Assembly: GCA_013815785.1 (NCBI GenBank)
Contig: JACDFO010000003.1
Span: 1-34,583, forward strand
Source of the DNA: Candidatus Saccharimonadota bacterium
Lineage (GTDB): Bacteria; Patescibacteriota; Saccharimonadia; Saccharimonadales; JACDFO01
Reading direction: 5' to 3'
Length of the DNA stretch: 34,583 nucleotides
Shown here one piece after another: positions 9,209-18,803 of this stretch; positions within the stretch are counted from its first letter, which is position 1; the number at the start of each line of letters is the position of its first letter. Under the pieces are notes generated by a model. The model saw only the letters and a list, made by a program, of their open reading frames with translations, searched no databases and was not told the origin of the DNA. The position numbers were made by a program, and so were the translations under genes.

Positions 9209-9577
9209 ATGAAGGCTAAAAACTTTAACGATTCACGGACCGCCGCACTCCGTGAATCCGGGGTATCCGAACACGCCGGTTTTCCTAACCCCGCCACGGA
9301 TAGAAGCCTACAGAATCTCGATATAAACATACTACTTATCCGCCATAGTGCCAGCACCTATCTTATGCGTATCGCCGGTAATGAGTGGCGGGTCTTAGGA
9401 ATTTTTAATAAAGACATCGTGATAGTGGACCGCGCCTTGGGTGCCCGGGCAAACGATCTGGTCGTGTGGTGGCAGGGCGAAAACTTCGTTATCAGTCATC
9501 AAAATCAGGTACCACAAGAAACCGAGACCTGGGGCGTTGTCAGCGCTACGATTCACCAGTTCAGGGAAAAATTGTGA
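9209..9577 (+). CDS. umuD: UmuD-like S24 family protein, apparently catalytically degenerate
   Basis: HAGFPNPA.D...LDIN.LLI.H..STY.MRI.G, GI...DIVIVDRA, WGVV...IH; ATG at 9209; stop overlaps the umuC GTG (GTGA). Confidence 0.8.
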   Translation: MKAKNFNDSRTAALRESGVSEHAGFPNPATDRSLQNLDINILLIRHSASTYLMRIAGNEWRVLGIFNKDIVIVDRALGARANDLVVWWQGENFVISHQNQVPQETETWGVVSATIHQFREKL

Positions 9578-10857
9578 ACAAACCGATTTTCGCATTGATA
9601 GATTGCAATAATTTTTTCGTTTCCTGCGAGAAAATTTTCCGCCCAGACCTCGAGGGCAAACCCGTCCTCGTACTGAGCAGTAACGACGGCTGTGCAATAG
9701 CCAGGTCCAATGAAGCTAAGGTTTTGGGAATTCCGATGGCAGCGCCGGTATTCAAGTACCGCGACGTCATCCGCAACAATAATGTCGTCCAGTTTTCGGC
9801 AAATTTCGAGCTTTATGGCGATATTTCTAAACGTATCGTAGATGTACTGAATACAATCACCCCTAGGATAGAAGTATACTCGGTTGATGAATCATTCTTA
9901 GACCTTTCGGAGCTGCCAATTGATGATTTTGTGGCCTGGGGCCACACCGTGCGGAAGCTTATCCAGCGCTGGGTGGGCGTACCCGTATCAATCGGCATCG
10001 CCCCCAGCAAAGCTTTGGCAAAGCTCGCCAGCGACCGTGGTAAAAAAATACCAGAACTAAACGGAGTCTGTAGTTTTATAGGACCGAATTCGGAAGTACC
10101 GGTCGACCACATGCGAGTCATGCCGGTCCAGGATATCTGGGGTATAGGCTGGCGTCTGGCACCGAAGTTACGGGCTGAAGGCATAATAACTGCCTGGGAA
10201 TTTGCCCAGATGCGCCCTCAGCACGCGGGGAGCATCATGGGAATTCAGGGTAGGCAGCTAATAGCAGAGCTCAATGGCACGTCCTGTTGGCCGCTGGAGC
10301 GCATAGGCAAAATACGTAAAAGCATCATGAGCACCCGCACTTTTGGCGAAGACACGCATGATTTTAATGTCGTGGAGGCAGCTATCGCCAGTTTTAGCGC
10401 CAACGCCGCTTTTAAGCTGCGCAGAAGCCATCAACTAACTACTAAGGCCACAATCTTTGTAACAACTGACAAACACAAGCCAGGTTATCAACGCTGGGGC
10501 CAAGAAGTACGCTTTGATATACCGACCGCCGATACTGGCATACTGGCAAGTACATTAGTAGGAGCATTACAGGAAATATACCGCCCGCAAGTTGCCTATC
10601 ACCGAGCGGGGGTTATGCTATACGATTTTGTGCCAGACTCGCAGTTACAAACAGATATATTCGGGAAAGTAGACATCAAACTTCACGACGGGGGTAGGGC
10701 ACGAATGGAAGCCATGGATGCCGTCAACCAACGTTTCGGCAAACGAAAACTCATGTTCGCCGCCGAGGAGCTAGCCGCCAAATGGCAACCCAAACACAAC
10801 CTACGCAGCCCCCGCTACGTCAGCCACTGGGACGAGCTGCCGGTCATAAAATCCTGA
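9574..10857 (+). CDS. umuC: Y-family DNA polymerase V subunit UmuC
   Basis: ALIDCNNFFVSCE, VLSSNDGC.IARSNEAK, YSVDESF, WGIG, C-terminal SPRY...W.ELP; GTG start at 9574 overlaps the umuD stop. Confidence 0.93.
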   Translation: MNKPIFALIDCNNFFVSCEKIFRPDLEGKPVLVLSSNDGCAIARSNEAKVLGIPMAAPVFKYRDVIRNNNVVQFSANFELYGDISKRIVDVLNTITPRIEVYSVDESFLDLSELPIDDFVAWGHTVRKLIQRWVGVPVSIGIAPSKALAKLASDRGKKIPELNGVCSFIGPNSEVPVDHMRVMPVQDIWGIGWRLAPKLRAEGIITAWEFAQMRPQHAGSIMGIQGRQLIAELNGTSCWPLERIGKIRKSIMSTRTFGEDTHDFNVVEAAIASFSANAAFKLRRSHQLTTKATIFVTTDKHKPGYQRWGQEVRFDIPTADTGILASTLVGALQEIYRPQVAYHRAGVMLYDFVPDSQLQTDIFGKVDIKLHDGGRARMEAMDAVNQRFGKRKLMFAAEELAAKWQPKHNLRSPRYVSHWDELPVIKS

Positions 10858-10903
10858 GCTAGCTATTCTATCTCTGTTATGGTAGTATTTCTCGGTTAAA
10901 TAC

Positions 10904-10978
10904 GGTCTCATCGTCTAACGGTTAGGACACCAGGTTCTCATCCTGGCAATCCGGGTTCGATTCCCGGTGAGATCACCA
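10904..10978 (+). tRNA. tRNA-Glu (anticodon CTC)
   Basis: Acceptor ggtctca/tgagatc, anticodon arm ccagg-ttCTCat-cctgg, T arm ccggg-ttcgatt-cccgg, encoded CCA. Confidence 0.96.
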
Positions 10979-10987
10979 TAGCAAATT

Positions 10988-11010
10988 AGATCGCATCTAG
11001 CGGTCTTTTT
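10988..11010 (+). terminator. Intrinsic terminator after the tRNA
   Basis: agatcgc-atcta-gcggtct hairpin followed by a T run. Confidence 0.65.
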
Positions 11011-11101
11011 ATATGGTTATAGTCACTCATCTTCGCTATACTAAACCTTAAGCGTTAATACTGCGCGATTTCTATGTGGTGGGAGCCTTAATAACCAAAA
11101 C

Positions 11102-12832
11102 ATGCAGTTCGTAAATGACAAATGGTATACCTTATATCACCGCCTTGCTACTGGTGTAGCATTGCTAGTGGCATTGGCCACTGGAGTAGCACTTTTTGTA
11201 CCTGGTATGCAAGACATTGGCCGCCAGTGGGGGCTCACCTACGTTACACTCATACTGGCATTTTTCCAGCTTGTGTATGCTTTCTTTTACAAATCACAGA
11301 TAGCCAAACAGGGTGTCTGGACGACAACCCTCGGCACCTCTTTATTGCAGGCGACTACGCTCGTAACCCTAATCCACGGCAGCGGAAAGCTGGATTCTTG
11401 GTACTTCGTCTACTGGATGATCGTCGTACTGCTGAGTGGGGTTTTCGGTACATACGCCGTTGCCGGCGTATTCTTCATGATAACCATATATTACGTCTCG
11501 GTAGTGACGGACCAGATTACGCAATCTATGCCCGTTAATGTCAGATCTGGCGTCATAGTTCTGGGCGGTACATTACTAGCAGCTATAATAAGTCATTTCA
11601 TATGGCGTAATCAGTATAAAAAGCAGGAAAGCCAGAAGCTGGCACAGTTGTCCGGGATGCTTGCCAATAAAGACCAACAGGCCGAAATCCTGATTGAGTC
11701 CATAGCGGACGGCATTGTACTCATAAATACCGAAGGCAAGATAAGCCTCATGAATACCACAGCCGCGCTGATGAGCGAATGGCCAGTGGATGAAGCCCTA
11801 GGCATCGATGTGCAGCTTGTGATGAAGATGAAGACGGAAGACGGCCAAGATATTACTCCTGCTGAGCATCCTTTCGCCAAGGCACTTATTAATAAAGAAA
11901 AAATGGAACAGACGTTGAAATTGATTGGACGAAACGGTAAAGAAAGAGTCGTGTCGCTTGTGGTGTCGCCAGTAGTCGTACCTAGTAAAAAAGACAGTGT
12001 CGGGGTTGTTGCTGTTGTGCGAGATATTAGTGTATCGCGAGCTGAGGAGGGCAGACGAGCCGACTTTGTCAGTACCGCCAGCCACGAAATGCGCACACCC
12101 GTAGCTGCCATTGAGGGCTACTTACAATTGGCCTTGAACGAGAAGGTTGCCCAGGTAGACTTTAAGGCTCGGAACTATCTAGAAAAAGCACTCGATTCCA
12201 CCCATCATCTCGGTCAGTTGTTCCAAGATCTTCTAACTAGCGCCAAAGCTGAAGATGGTCGATTAGTCAGCCACCCCACTGTCGTCGAAATGGGGGCTTA
12301 CATGGAAGAAATTAGCGACAGCCTTAAATTTTCTGCAGACAAAAAAGGCTTGTTCATGGATTATACCGTGGGTGTCAGCCAAGATGGCAGTAACTCGGCG
12401 GTTGGTGGCGGCAAAGTAATCAAACCGCTTTATTATGTTCACGTTGACCCGGATCGCTTACGTGAAGTTGTGACCAATCTATCAGACAACGCCGTCAAAT
12501 ACACCGATGCTGGTAAAATTTCTATTGCGCTGACCGGCAACAATGACGTCGTACAGTTATATATAAAGGATACCGGTCCCGGTATCCCAGCCAATGACGT
12601 GCCGCACCTATTTCAAAAGTTTTACCGAGTAGACAGTTCGGCGACACGCACCATTGGCGGTACCGGCTTAGGTCTATTTATATGCCAAAAGATAATAGAG
12701 CTTTACAATGGCCGTATATGGGTAGAAAGTGCCGTCGGACAAGGTAGTACTTTCTATATTAATCTCCCGCGACTGAGTTCTCAAAAAGCAGCCGAACTAC
12801 AGGCACAAGAGGCGGCTAATCCACTCGGTTAG
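11102..12832 (+). CDS. Multi-TM PAS sensor histidine kinase
   Basis: About 5-6 TM helices; PAS (ESIADGIVLINTEGKI); SHEMRTP, NLSDNAVKYT, DTGPGI, FQKFYRVD, GGTGLGL. Confidence 0.94.
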   Translation: MQFVNDKWYTLYHRLATGVALLVALATGVALFVPGMQDIGRQWGLTYVTLILAFFQLVYAFFYKSQIAKQGVWTTTLGTSLLQATTLVTLIHGSGKLDSWYFVYWMIVVLLSGVFGTYAVAGVFFMITIYYVSVVTDQITQSMPVNVRSGVIVLGGTLLAAIISHFIWRNQYKKQESQKLAQLSGMLANKDQQAEILIESIADGIVLINTEGKISLMNTTAALMSEWPVDEALGIDVQLVMKMKTEDGQDITPAEHPFAKALINKEKMEQTLKLIGRNGKERVVSLVVSPVVVPSKKDSVGVVAVVRDISVSRAEEGRRADFVSTASHEMRTPVAAIEGYLQLALNEKVAQVDFKARNYLEKALDSTHHLGQLFQDLLTSAKAEDGRLVSHPTVVEMGAYMEEISDSLKFSADKKGLFMDYTVGVSQDGSNSAVGGGKVIKPLYYVHVDPDRLREVVTNLSDNAVKYTDAGKISIALTGNNDVVQLYIKDTGPGIPANDVPHLFQKFYRVDSSATRTIGGTGLGLFICQKIIELYNGRIWVESAVGQGSTFYINLPRLSSQKAAELQAQEAANPLG

Positions 12833-12904
12833 AAAACAGGGACATACATGATAGAATGAGTTATAACATAAGCTATATAAGGCATAAACAAGGGTAAAAT
12901 AACT

Positions 12905-13933
12905 ATGGCAAAAATCATGCTCGTCGAGGACGACAACAATCTACGCGAAATCTATGAAGCCCGATTACTCGCTGAAGGCTACGAAATTGTCAGTGCTAAA
13001 GACGGTGAAGAAGCGTTAGCAATGGCTGTTAAAGAAAAGCCAGACCTTATTATTAGCGATGTCATGATGCCGAAAATTAGCGGCTTCGATATGCTGGATA
13101 TTTTGCGAAGCACTCCCGAGACCAAAAACACCAAAGTTATCATGATGACGGCGCTATCTCAGGCAGAGGACAAAAACAGAGCTGATAAACTCGGGGCTGA
13201 TCGTTATCTCGTGAAGTCCCAGGTAACGCTTGAAGATGTTGCCAAAGTAGCTCATGAGGTACTAACTGGTGAAGAAGCTCCTTCGCCCGCACCGGCAGCA
13301 GAACCCACCACCACAACAGCCCCCACACCAGAACCTACGGCTGTAGCAGTCGCACCAGTTCCTGAACCAGCGGCCACGCCCGATCTGACTCTAGTAATGC
13401 CATTACCTGTATCCGACGAACCCTCAGCTGCCTCACCAGCTACTACGCCGGCCGTTGATTCCGCAGCTGCGCAGACAACTGCCGATGAAGAAAGTACTAT
13501 CACAGACCAAATTAATCAGTTTGTGGCCGGTGTACCCACTGAAGCGCCTATCGAAGTTGCCACCCAGCCAATCGAAAGTACCGAAGACGTTGCTGACAAC
13601 GCTGCCAAACTAGCGGGTGTCGTCAACGATGTTATGGAACAAAAAGATGCTGAAGAAGCTACAACGGGCGACGTAGTAGCTGGCAAAAAAGTTATTTCGC
13701 CTATTAATGATTTGAACGCTCCGGGCCCAGACCTAAGTAAACTCGCTGCTGAACAAGATGCCAAAGACACCGCGACCGCCCCAGTTACAACACCGACCGC
13801 TACTAGCGTTATAACTCCCGAAGGCGAAATCGTTACACCACCTGAGGCAGATAACCCAGATGCGACACCAAAAACCGCTGAAACACCACCACAACCTGGT
13901 GACAAAATAGACCCCAATAGCGTCGCCTTGTAG
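12905..13933 (+). CDS. Response regulator receiver with a long acidic Pro/Ala/Thr-rich disordered tail
   Basis: VEDD, IISDVMMPKISG, TAL, YLVK in the first ~120 aa; the remaining ~220 aa are low-complexity with no HTH. Confidence 0.9.
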   Translation: MAKIMLVEDDNNLREIYEARLLAEGYEIVSAKDGEEALAMAVKEKPDLIISDVMMPKISGFDMLDILRSTPETKNTKVIMMTALSQAEDKNRADKLGADRYLVKSQVTLEDVAKVAHEVLTGEEAPSPAPAAEPTTTTAPTPEPTAVAVAPVPEPAATPDLTLVMPLPVSDEPSAASPATTPAVDSAAAQTTADEESTITDQINQFVAGVPTEAPIEVATQPIESTEDVADNAAKLAGVVNDVMEQKDAEEATTGDVVAGKKVISPINDLNAPGPDLSKLAAEQDAKDTATAPVTTPTATSVITPEGEIVTPPEADNPDATPKTAETPPQPGDKIDPNSVAL

Positions 13934-13941
13934 GCGCCTTT

Positions 13942-14009
13942 AGCTAAAAGTGGAAAGTCGAAAGCTTAAGGCTAACCCAGTAATTGCTTTTAACTTTAGA
14001 CTTTTAGCT
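13942..14009. repeat. Inverted repeat built from heptamer units
   Basis: agctaaaagtggaaagtcgaaagc (13942-13965) vs gcttttaactttagacttttagct (13986-14009), 20/24 complementary; 7-nt nnnAAAG periodicity. Confidence 0.6.
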
Positions 14010-14022
14010 TTAAGCTGTTTTT

Positions 14023-14685
14023 ATGCGTATTAATAAGTTTATAGCCCAGGCTACCGGCCTATCCCGACGTGCTGCCGATGATGCCATAGACACTGGCAGA
14101 GTGCAAGTCAACGGCAAACCGCCCGATGCAGGACAGCAAGTTGCGGACACGAACATCGTGACACTTGACGGGCAGCGTATTACACCTTCTGTCAAGACCA
14201 TAACCACTATGCTAAATAAACCCATTGGTTATGTGTGTTCGAGGGATGGGCAGGGAAGTAAAACAATTTACGACCTTCTACCAGAAGATTTACATCAACT
14301 CAAACCGGTGGGACGACTTGATAAAAACTCGTCAGGATTATTACTCATGACAACAGACGGTACAATGGCACACGAATTAACCCATCCAAAGTTCGAGAAA
14401 ATTAAAAAGTACAAAATTGCACTCAACAAGGACCTCAGCGAGGATGATTTTGAAAAGATTACCGCTACCGGAGTTGAGCTGGAAGACGGGCTTAGCAAGT
14501 TCAGCCTTGATTACATAAACGCCCAAAACAAAGAATGGAAAGTTGAAATGAAAGAGGGTAAAAACCGCCAAATCCGACGAACCTTCGAACACTTAGGCTA
14601 CAACGTTGTAAAACTCCACCGCACCCACTTCGGATCGTATGTTCTTGCCAGCTTGCCAGCAGGTACCTATAAAATTCTAGAATAG
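14023..14685 (+). CDS. RsuA/RluB-family rRNA pseudouridine synthase (S4 domain)
   Basis: MRINKFIA...SRRAAD, NKPIGYV, VGRLDKNSSGLLL (catalytic Asp), EGKNRQIRR. Confidence 0.93.
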   Translation: MRINKFIAQATGLSRRAADDAIDTGRVQVNGKPPDAGQQVADTNIVTLDGQRITPSVKTITTMLNKPIGYVCSRDGQGSKTIYDLLPEDLHQLKPVGRLDKNSSGLLLMTTDGTMAHELTHPKFEKIKKYKIALNKDLSEDDFEKITATGVELEDGLSKFSLDYINAQNKEWKVEMKEGKNRQIRRTFEHLGYNVVKLHRTHFGSYVLASLPAGTYKILE

Positions 14686-15903
14686 CTCCAACTGTTCACC
14701 AGTGCTTTCGTGCAGTAGCTCATCAAAATATTTCAGCAGTTGATTACTTTTATCGTCATCAAAAAGACGGTGGTAACAAATTTCATCGACCATAAACCCC
14801 GACCCGGGCAAGGATATACCTAAATCTTCATCCCACACTTGAGCATGCGCCTCATCACCCATCTGTCGAATGCGGGCCGCCTCGGTCTGCAATGCGAATT
14901 GTGCAACATGCGAACCAAGTTTTGTGACAAATTCCACATCCAACTCAGTTGCGATCCCAGCTAACCAGATGGTGTCGAGCGAGCGCAACGGCATTCGTTT
15001 TTGGTGATGTGCGCTTATCTTGTCTTCTAGCACGTTTAGCACATGATTGCGCACCTGAGGAGAGGTGTCTTCAAACTTTAGTAAACGATTCAACGCCGCT
15101 TGATTGCGCTCATCGCGAGTTATTGATCTATCAGCCAGCTCCTCTTGTGTCCACAGCATATCCGTATACCTCGCAACGGTATCTGGCGACTGGGAAGCAC
15201 ATTCCAGAAATAATTCACGAAGAAGTTGCCGCTTTTTGGCTGCCTCGTCAGGTGCGTATTGTCTCAGCTCTTCACATACTGGCCAACATATTGTGATTAA
15301 ATGCTTAACTCGCAAAAAGTCATCCTCGGCAAGCGCCTGACCACTCATAGCTAGTGCTTTGCGTGCATACTGGTACAAGATTGCTCCACCGGCGTAACCG
15401 GCATAATTAGCTGCAACCGCAAGATTCGGGTCGTCCTCGCGTAAGCGTTTATGCCATTTGGTTGCAAAATCATAGGCATGCATCCAGCGCTGCGACGTAA
15501 GTACCTCATTCAAAAACGAAGCAATTTCTTCAGTCGGTGGCAGCTCGGCCTCTGAGTTAAAACTCAGAGCAGCTCTTGCGGTTTCGTGGCGGCTGCTAAT
15601 ATCTTCAGGAATACTATAACGCCCGCGCATACGCATGTCATACCATTTGTTTACGACATTCTCGCGGTGTCGACGTTGTTCATACGCGATCAAGCTGTCT
15701 CGCTCTTCGCCAGCTGTTTCTGAGATTAGTAAATCCGCGATACCTCGCTCCGTCTCCAGTTCTGCCAGTTGCAGTTCGGTCTTATATTCATCCGTTTCCA
15801 AAAACGTTATGTCCTGACCAAAAAACTCCAGTGGCATGCATACGAAACTTGTTGGCCCCAAAGCCATCTCATGATTATCACCCATAGCTCTATATAACCA
15901 CAT
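14677..15903 (-). CDS. Hypothetical protein (~400 aa, helical ORFan)
   Basis: Long ORF filling the gap between the pseudouridine synthase and der; no motif recognised. The start may be 15885 or 15870. Confidence 0.75.
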   Translation of the reverse strand: MWLYRAMGDNHEMALGPTSFVCMPLEFFGQDITFLETDEYKTELQLAELETERGIADLLISETAGEERDSLIAYEQRRHRENVVNKWYDMRMRGRYSIPEDISSRHETARAALSFNSEAELPPTEEIASFLNEVLTSQRWMHAYDFATKWHKRLREDDPNLAVAANYAGYAGGAILYQYARKALAMSGQALAEDDFLRVKHLITICWPVCEELRQYAPDEAAKKRQLLRELFLECASQSPDTVARYTDMLWTQEELADRSITRDERNQAALNRLLKFEDTSPQVRNHVLNVLEDKISAHHQKRMPLRSLDTIWLAGIATELDVEFVTKLGSHVAQFALQTEAARIRQMGDEAHAQVWDEDLGISLPGSGFMVDEICYHRLFDDDKSNQLLKYFDELLHESTGEQLELF

Positions 15904-15971
15904 AAGTCATTAGTTAACCTAAAGCCCTTTTACCCTAGTAAATTTGACCTGTTTGAGATATAATGTTGTAA

Positions 15972-17366
15972 ATGAGTAAAAAGTTACCAATTGTTGCGAT
16001 TGTGGGACGGGCCAATGTTGGCAAGTCAAGTTTGTTCAATGCGATCTTGGATAGGCGCGAAGCTATTGTAGCCAAAGAAGCAGGGACCACCCGGGACAGC
16101 ATCTGGGCAAAAGCTTGGCATATCGACCAACAGTTTTGGCTAATCGATACAGCCGGCATGAAGCAAGCTGAGGATGATTTTGAATTTACGATTCAGGAAC
16201 AGATTGCCCAAGCAGCAGATAGCGCAGACGTAATTTGGGTTTTAATCGAGGCGGACGCAATTATTAGCGACGAAGACCGTAAAGTGGCTAAGATGGCCCT
16301 CAAAACCAAGAAACCAGTGTTTTTGGTAGTCAACAAGCTCGATAAAAAGCCCAAAGCCGTGCCGGAAGATTATCAACGCCTTGGCATTAAAACGATTATT
16401 TTAACTAGCACAACTCAATTTAAAGGTATCGAATTATTACTCGATACACTTGTTGAGATTATTCCTAAGGCCATCGAGCGCGACGCGGACGATCGTGTCC
16501 GTCTGGCAATCTTGGGACGACCAAATGTCGGAAAGTCAGCCTTGTTTAACACCTTATCCAAGAAACAACAGGCAGTGGTGTCGGACCGTGCTGGTACTAC
16601 CCGTGACGTAAACCGTAACGTTGTGAAATACCAAGGCAAAGAAATTGAATTATTAGACACGGCCGGTATTAGACGATCTGGCAAAATAGGCAAGGGCATC
16701 GAACATTTTAGTGTTATTCGTACAGTAGCGGCGATTGAACAAGCAGATGTCTGTCTGTTACTCATGGATGCTACTGAACTGAATGTTGCGTTGGACCAAA
16801 AAATTGCCGGGATGGTCAAAGAAGCGGGCAAGGGACTTATTTTAGTCGTTAGCAAATGGGACAGTTTAGAAGAAAAGGATGCATTTACACGCGATGCGCT
16901 AGCACCGCAAATTATACGAAATTACGATTTTGTGCCATGGGCACCACTGATATTTACTAGCTCTGTTACGGGCCAGAACGTCACAAAATTATTTGACCTT
17001 ACGCTAGATATTGTCGGTAAACGCCAAACTTTGGTAAAAACCCGCGAGTTAAACCAGTGGCTCCGTCAGGTGACCGACAAGCATCCGCCAGCCGGGCTCA
17101 AAAACCGCGCCCCTAAACTCAACTATATGGTCCAGGAAGCCGAAAACCCAACCAACTTTAAGATTTATGGTGCGCACACCAAGTTTTTGCATTGGAGTTA
17201 TAAGCGCTACATGGATAAAGAACTCCGTTATAAATTTGGCTTTGAAGGTACACCAGTACATTTTTGGTTCTTCGAGAAACACGAAACCCACAAACACGGT
17301 GTAAGCCCAACCAAAGAAAAGAACAAAGCAATCCGCCGCCGCGAAGCCGCCGACAACCCCTACTAG
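15972..17366 (+). CDS. der: Ribosome biogenesis GTPase Der (EngA)
   Basis: Tandem G domains GRANVGKS/GTTRD/DTAG/NKLD and GRPNVGKS/GTTRD/DTAG/SKWD; KH-like C-terminus (GFEGTP). Confidence 0.97.
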   Translation: MSKKLPIVAIVGRANVGKSSLFNAILDRREAIVAKEAGTTRDSIWAKAWHIDQQFWLIDTAGMKQAEDDFEFTIQEQIAQAADSADVIWVLIEADAIISDEDRKVAKMALKTKKPVFLVVNKLDKKPKAVPEDYQRLGIKTIILTSTTQFKGIELLLDTLVEIIPKAIERDADDRVRLAILGRPNVGKSALFNTLSKKQQAVVSDRAGTTRDVNRNVVKYQGKEIELLDTAGIRRSGKIGKGIEHFSVIRTVAAIEQADVCLLLMDATELNVALDQKIAGMVKEAGKGLILVVSKWDSLEEKDAFTRDALAPQIIRNYDFVPWAPLIFTSSVTGQNVTKLFDLTLDIVGKRQTLVKTRELNQWLRQVTDKHPPAGLKNRAPKLNYMVQEAENPTNFKIYGAHTKFLHWSYKRYMDKELRYKFGFEGTPVHFWFFEKHETHKHGVSPTKEKNKAIRRREAADNPY

Positions 17367-17398
17367 CTTCAAATCTTTAAATTCTATATCCTAATTAC

Positions 17399-18046
17399 AT
17401 GGCACTATTTCAGAAGAATCCTTATGACTCAACAGAAAAACTACCTCTATACACTCTTGGACTTACTAAAAGCGTTTTAGTAGTGGGTCTTGGCAATAAA
17501 GGTAAGAACTACGAGGGAACACGTCATAATATCGGCTTTGAGTGTATCGACGCTTTTGCAAAAGCCACGGAATTACCCGAATGGATAGAGAAGAAATACC
17601 TTAAATGCCTCCATACAAGCGGCACAGTGGGCAATACACGCGTCATTGCCATTAAGCCTTCTACTTTTATGAATCTAAGCGGCGAGGCGGTACAGGCTGT
17701 TGCAAACTTTTATAAAATACCTCCGAGTCAAATTATAGTTGTACATGATGAGTTGGATATACCTTTTGGACAGATTCGCACCCGGGTTGGCGGAAGCGAT
17801 GCTGGCAATAACGGCATTAAGTCTATTATCCAGCATATGGGCGAGTCTGCTGGCCAGCAGATTGGCAGGGTCCGTATCGGCATTAAAGCCGCAACTCCAA
17901 TGGAAAGCTCGGATTTCGTACTAGGCAAGTTTGCTGCTAAGGAACAAAAGCAGCTGCCGCACCTCATCAAAGAGGCAACTGCTATCTTGACCGAATACGT
18001 CTATAGCGCCCAACTACCTCACGAAACCCGCAAATTTATCGTCTAA
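17399..18046 (+). CDS. pth: Peptidyl-tRNA hydrolase
   Basis: VGLGN...Y..TRHNIGF, KP.TFMNLSGEAV, VVHDELD, RVRIGI; ~24-aa N-terminal extension. Confidence 0.95.
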   Translation: MALFQKNPYDSTEKLPLYTLGLTKSVLVVGLGNKGKNYEGTRHNIGFECIDAFAKATELPEWIEKKYLKCLHTSGTVGNTRVIAIKPSTFMNLSGEAVQAVANFYKIPPSQIIVVHDELDIPFGQIRTRVGGSDAGNNGIKSIIQHMGESAGQQIGRVRIGIKAATPMESSDFVLGKFAAKEQKQLPHLIKEATAILTEYVYSAQLPHETRKFIV

Positions 18047-18351
18047 CTATCACGCTCGCCGAGCTCTTGGACTACTTCATCGAACATGGTCACAATAGCT
18101 GTGCGGGTTGCTAATTCACGGCCGATTGCTCTGGCAATATTGCTTCGAATTTGAGCACCCGCTAGATCAGTAATTATCCGGCCGGCAGTTATGTTGTCCT
18201 CGGTCTGTATGCTCGCCAGCCGATCAAGCTCTGTATCTGCCGCCAAACGTTCTTGGTGCAAATCGAACTCATTCATGTCGATTGGGCTGTCGTAACCACT
18301 CCGTCGCTGCTCATGAACAGTTAGGTAGGCTTTGTCTCCGAATATTTCCAT
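18043..18351 (-). CDS. Hypothetical protein (102 aa)
   Basis: ORF convergent with pth; TGaTATAAT lies 7 nt upstream of the ATG (leaderless-type). Confidence 0.65.
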   Translation of the reverse strand: MEIFGDKAYLTVHEQRRSGYDSPIDMNEFDLHQERLAADTELDRLASIQTEDNITAGRIITDLAGAQIRSNIARAIGRELATRTAIVTMFDEVVQELGERDS

Positions 18352-18384
18352 TAACTATATTATATCATATTTTTTTGCAAAAAA

Positions 18385-18797
18385 ATACCGATGGCCGGGA
18401 ACCGCTTCACCAATAAACAAAAAGGACCTCTGGAGGGGGTGGGCACCGCCAGAGATCCTTTTTGGGCTCGAACGAATCAAGCCCGAATTACACCCTTCAA
18501 CCCACCCAGCGAAACATCGGACATCAAAATCAATCAAATGCCGTGTCAGCCATAAAGACTATCTTTGGGACTCGCTTTGAAATTACCAGATATAATCATA
18601 AAGATCATAGCGGGGGCAGTGGTTAAAGGGGTTAGTTTGTTTTAGAACGATGTAATCTCAAGGATTACTACAGCTAAACTAAGTGGAGGGTAACGACTTG
18701 GTTGCAGCACGCTCTAAAACAATCTAACAGTGTTCCCGTTAAAACGGGTGTTAGAATAGGGGTATAAGGTACAGTAAGGCGCTTGCGCGCATTACGA
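18385..18797 (-). ncRNA. Candidate structured non-coding RNA (~410 nt)
   Basis: Near-consensus promoter upstream, 19-bp helix (18630-18648/18710-18728) with a G-U pair only on the minus strand, internal hairpins and a terminator-like hairpin at 18418-18463; no convincing ORF. Confidence 0.5.
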
Positions 18798-18803
18798 ATT
18801 GCT

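Noticed and set aside
9466-9573. N-terminal extensions of UmuC (from 9466) and UmuD (from 9170) in the ORF track
   Set aside because: They overlap the upstream genes; homology begins at GTG 9574 and ATG 9209.
8420-10978. umuDC cassette as an island integrated at tRNA-Glu
   Set aside because: No integrase and no duplicated tRNA end found by eye.
18700-18720. GTTTTAGAGC on the minus strand resembles the start of a type II-A CRISPR repeat or a tracrRNA pairing region
   Set aside because: Single occurrence forming one arm of a hairpin; no repeat-spacer array and no cas genes in the window.
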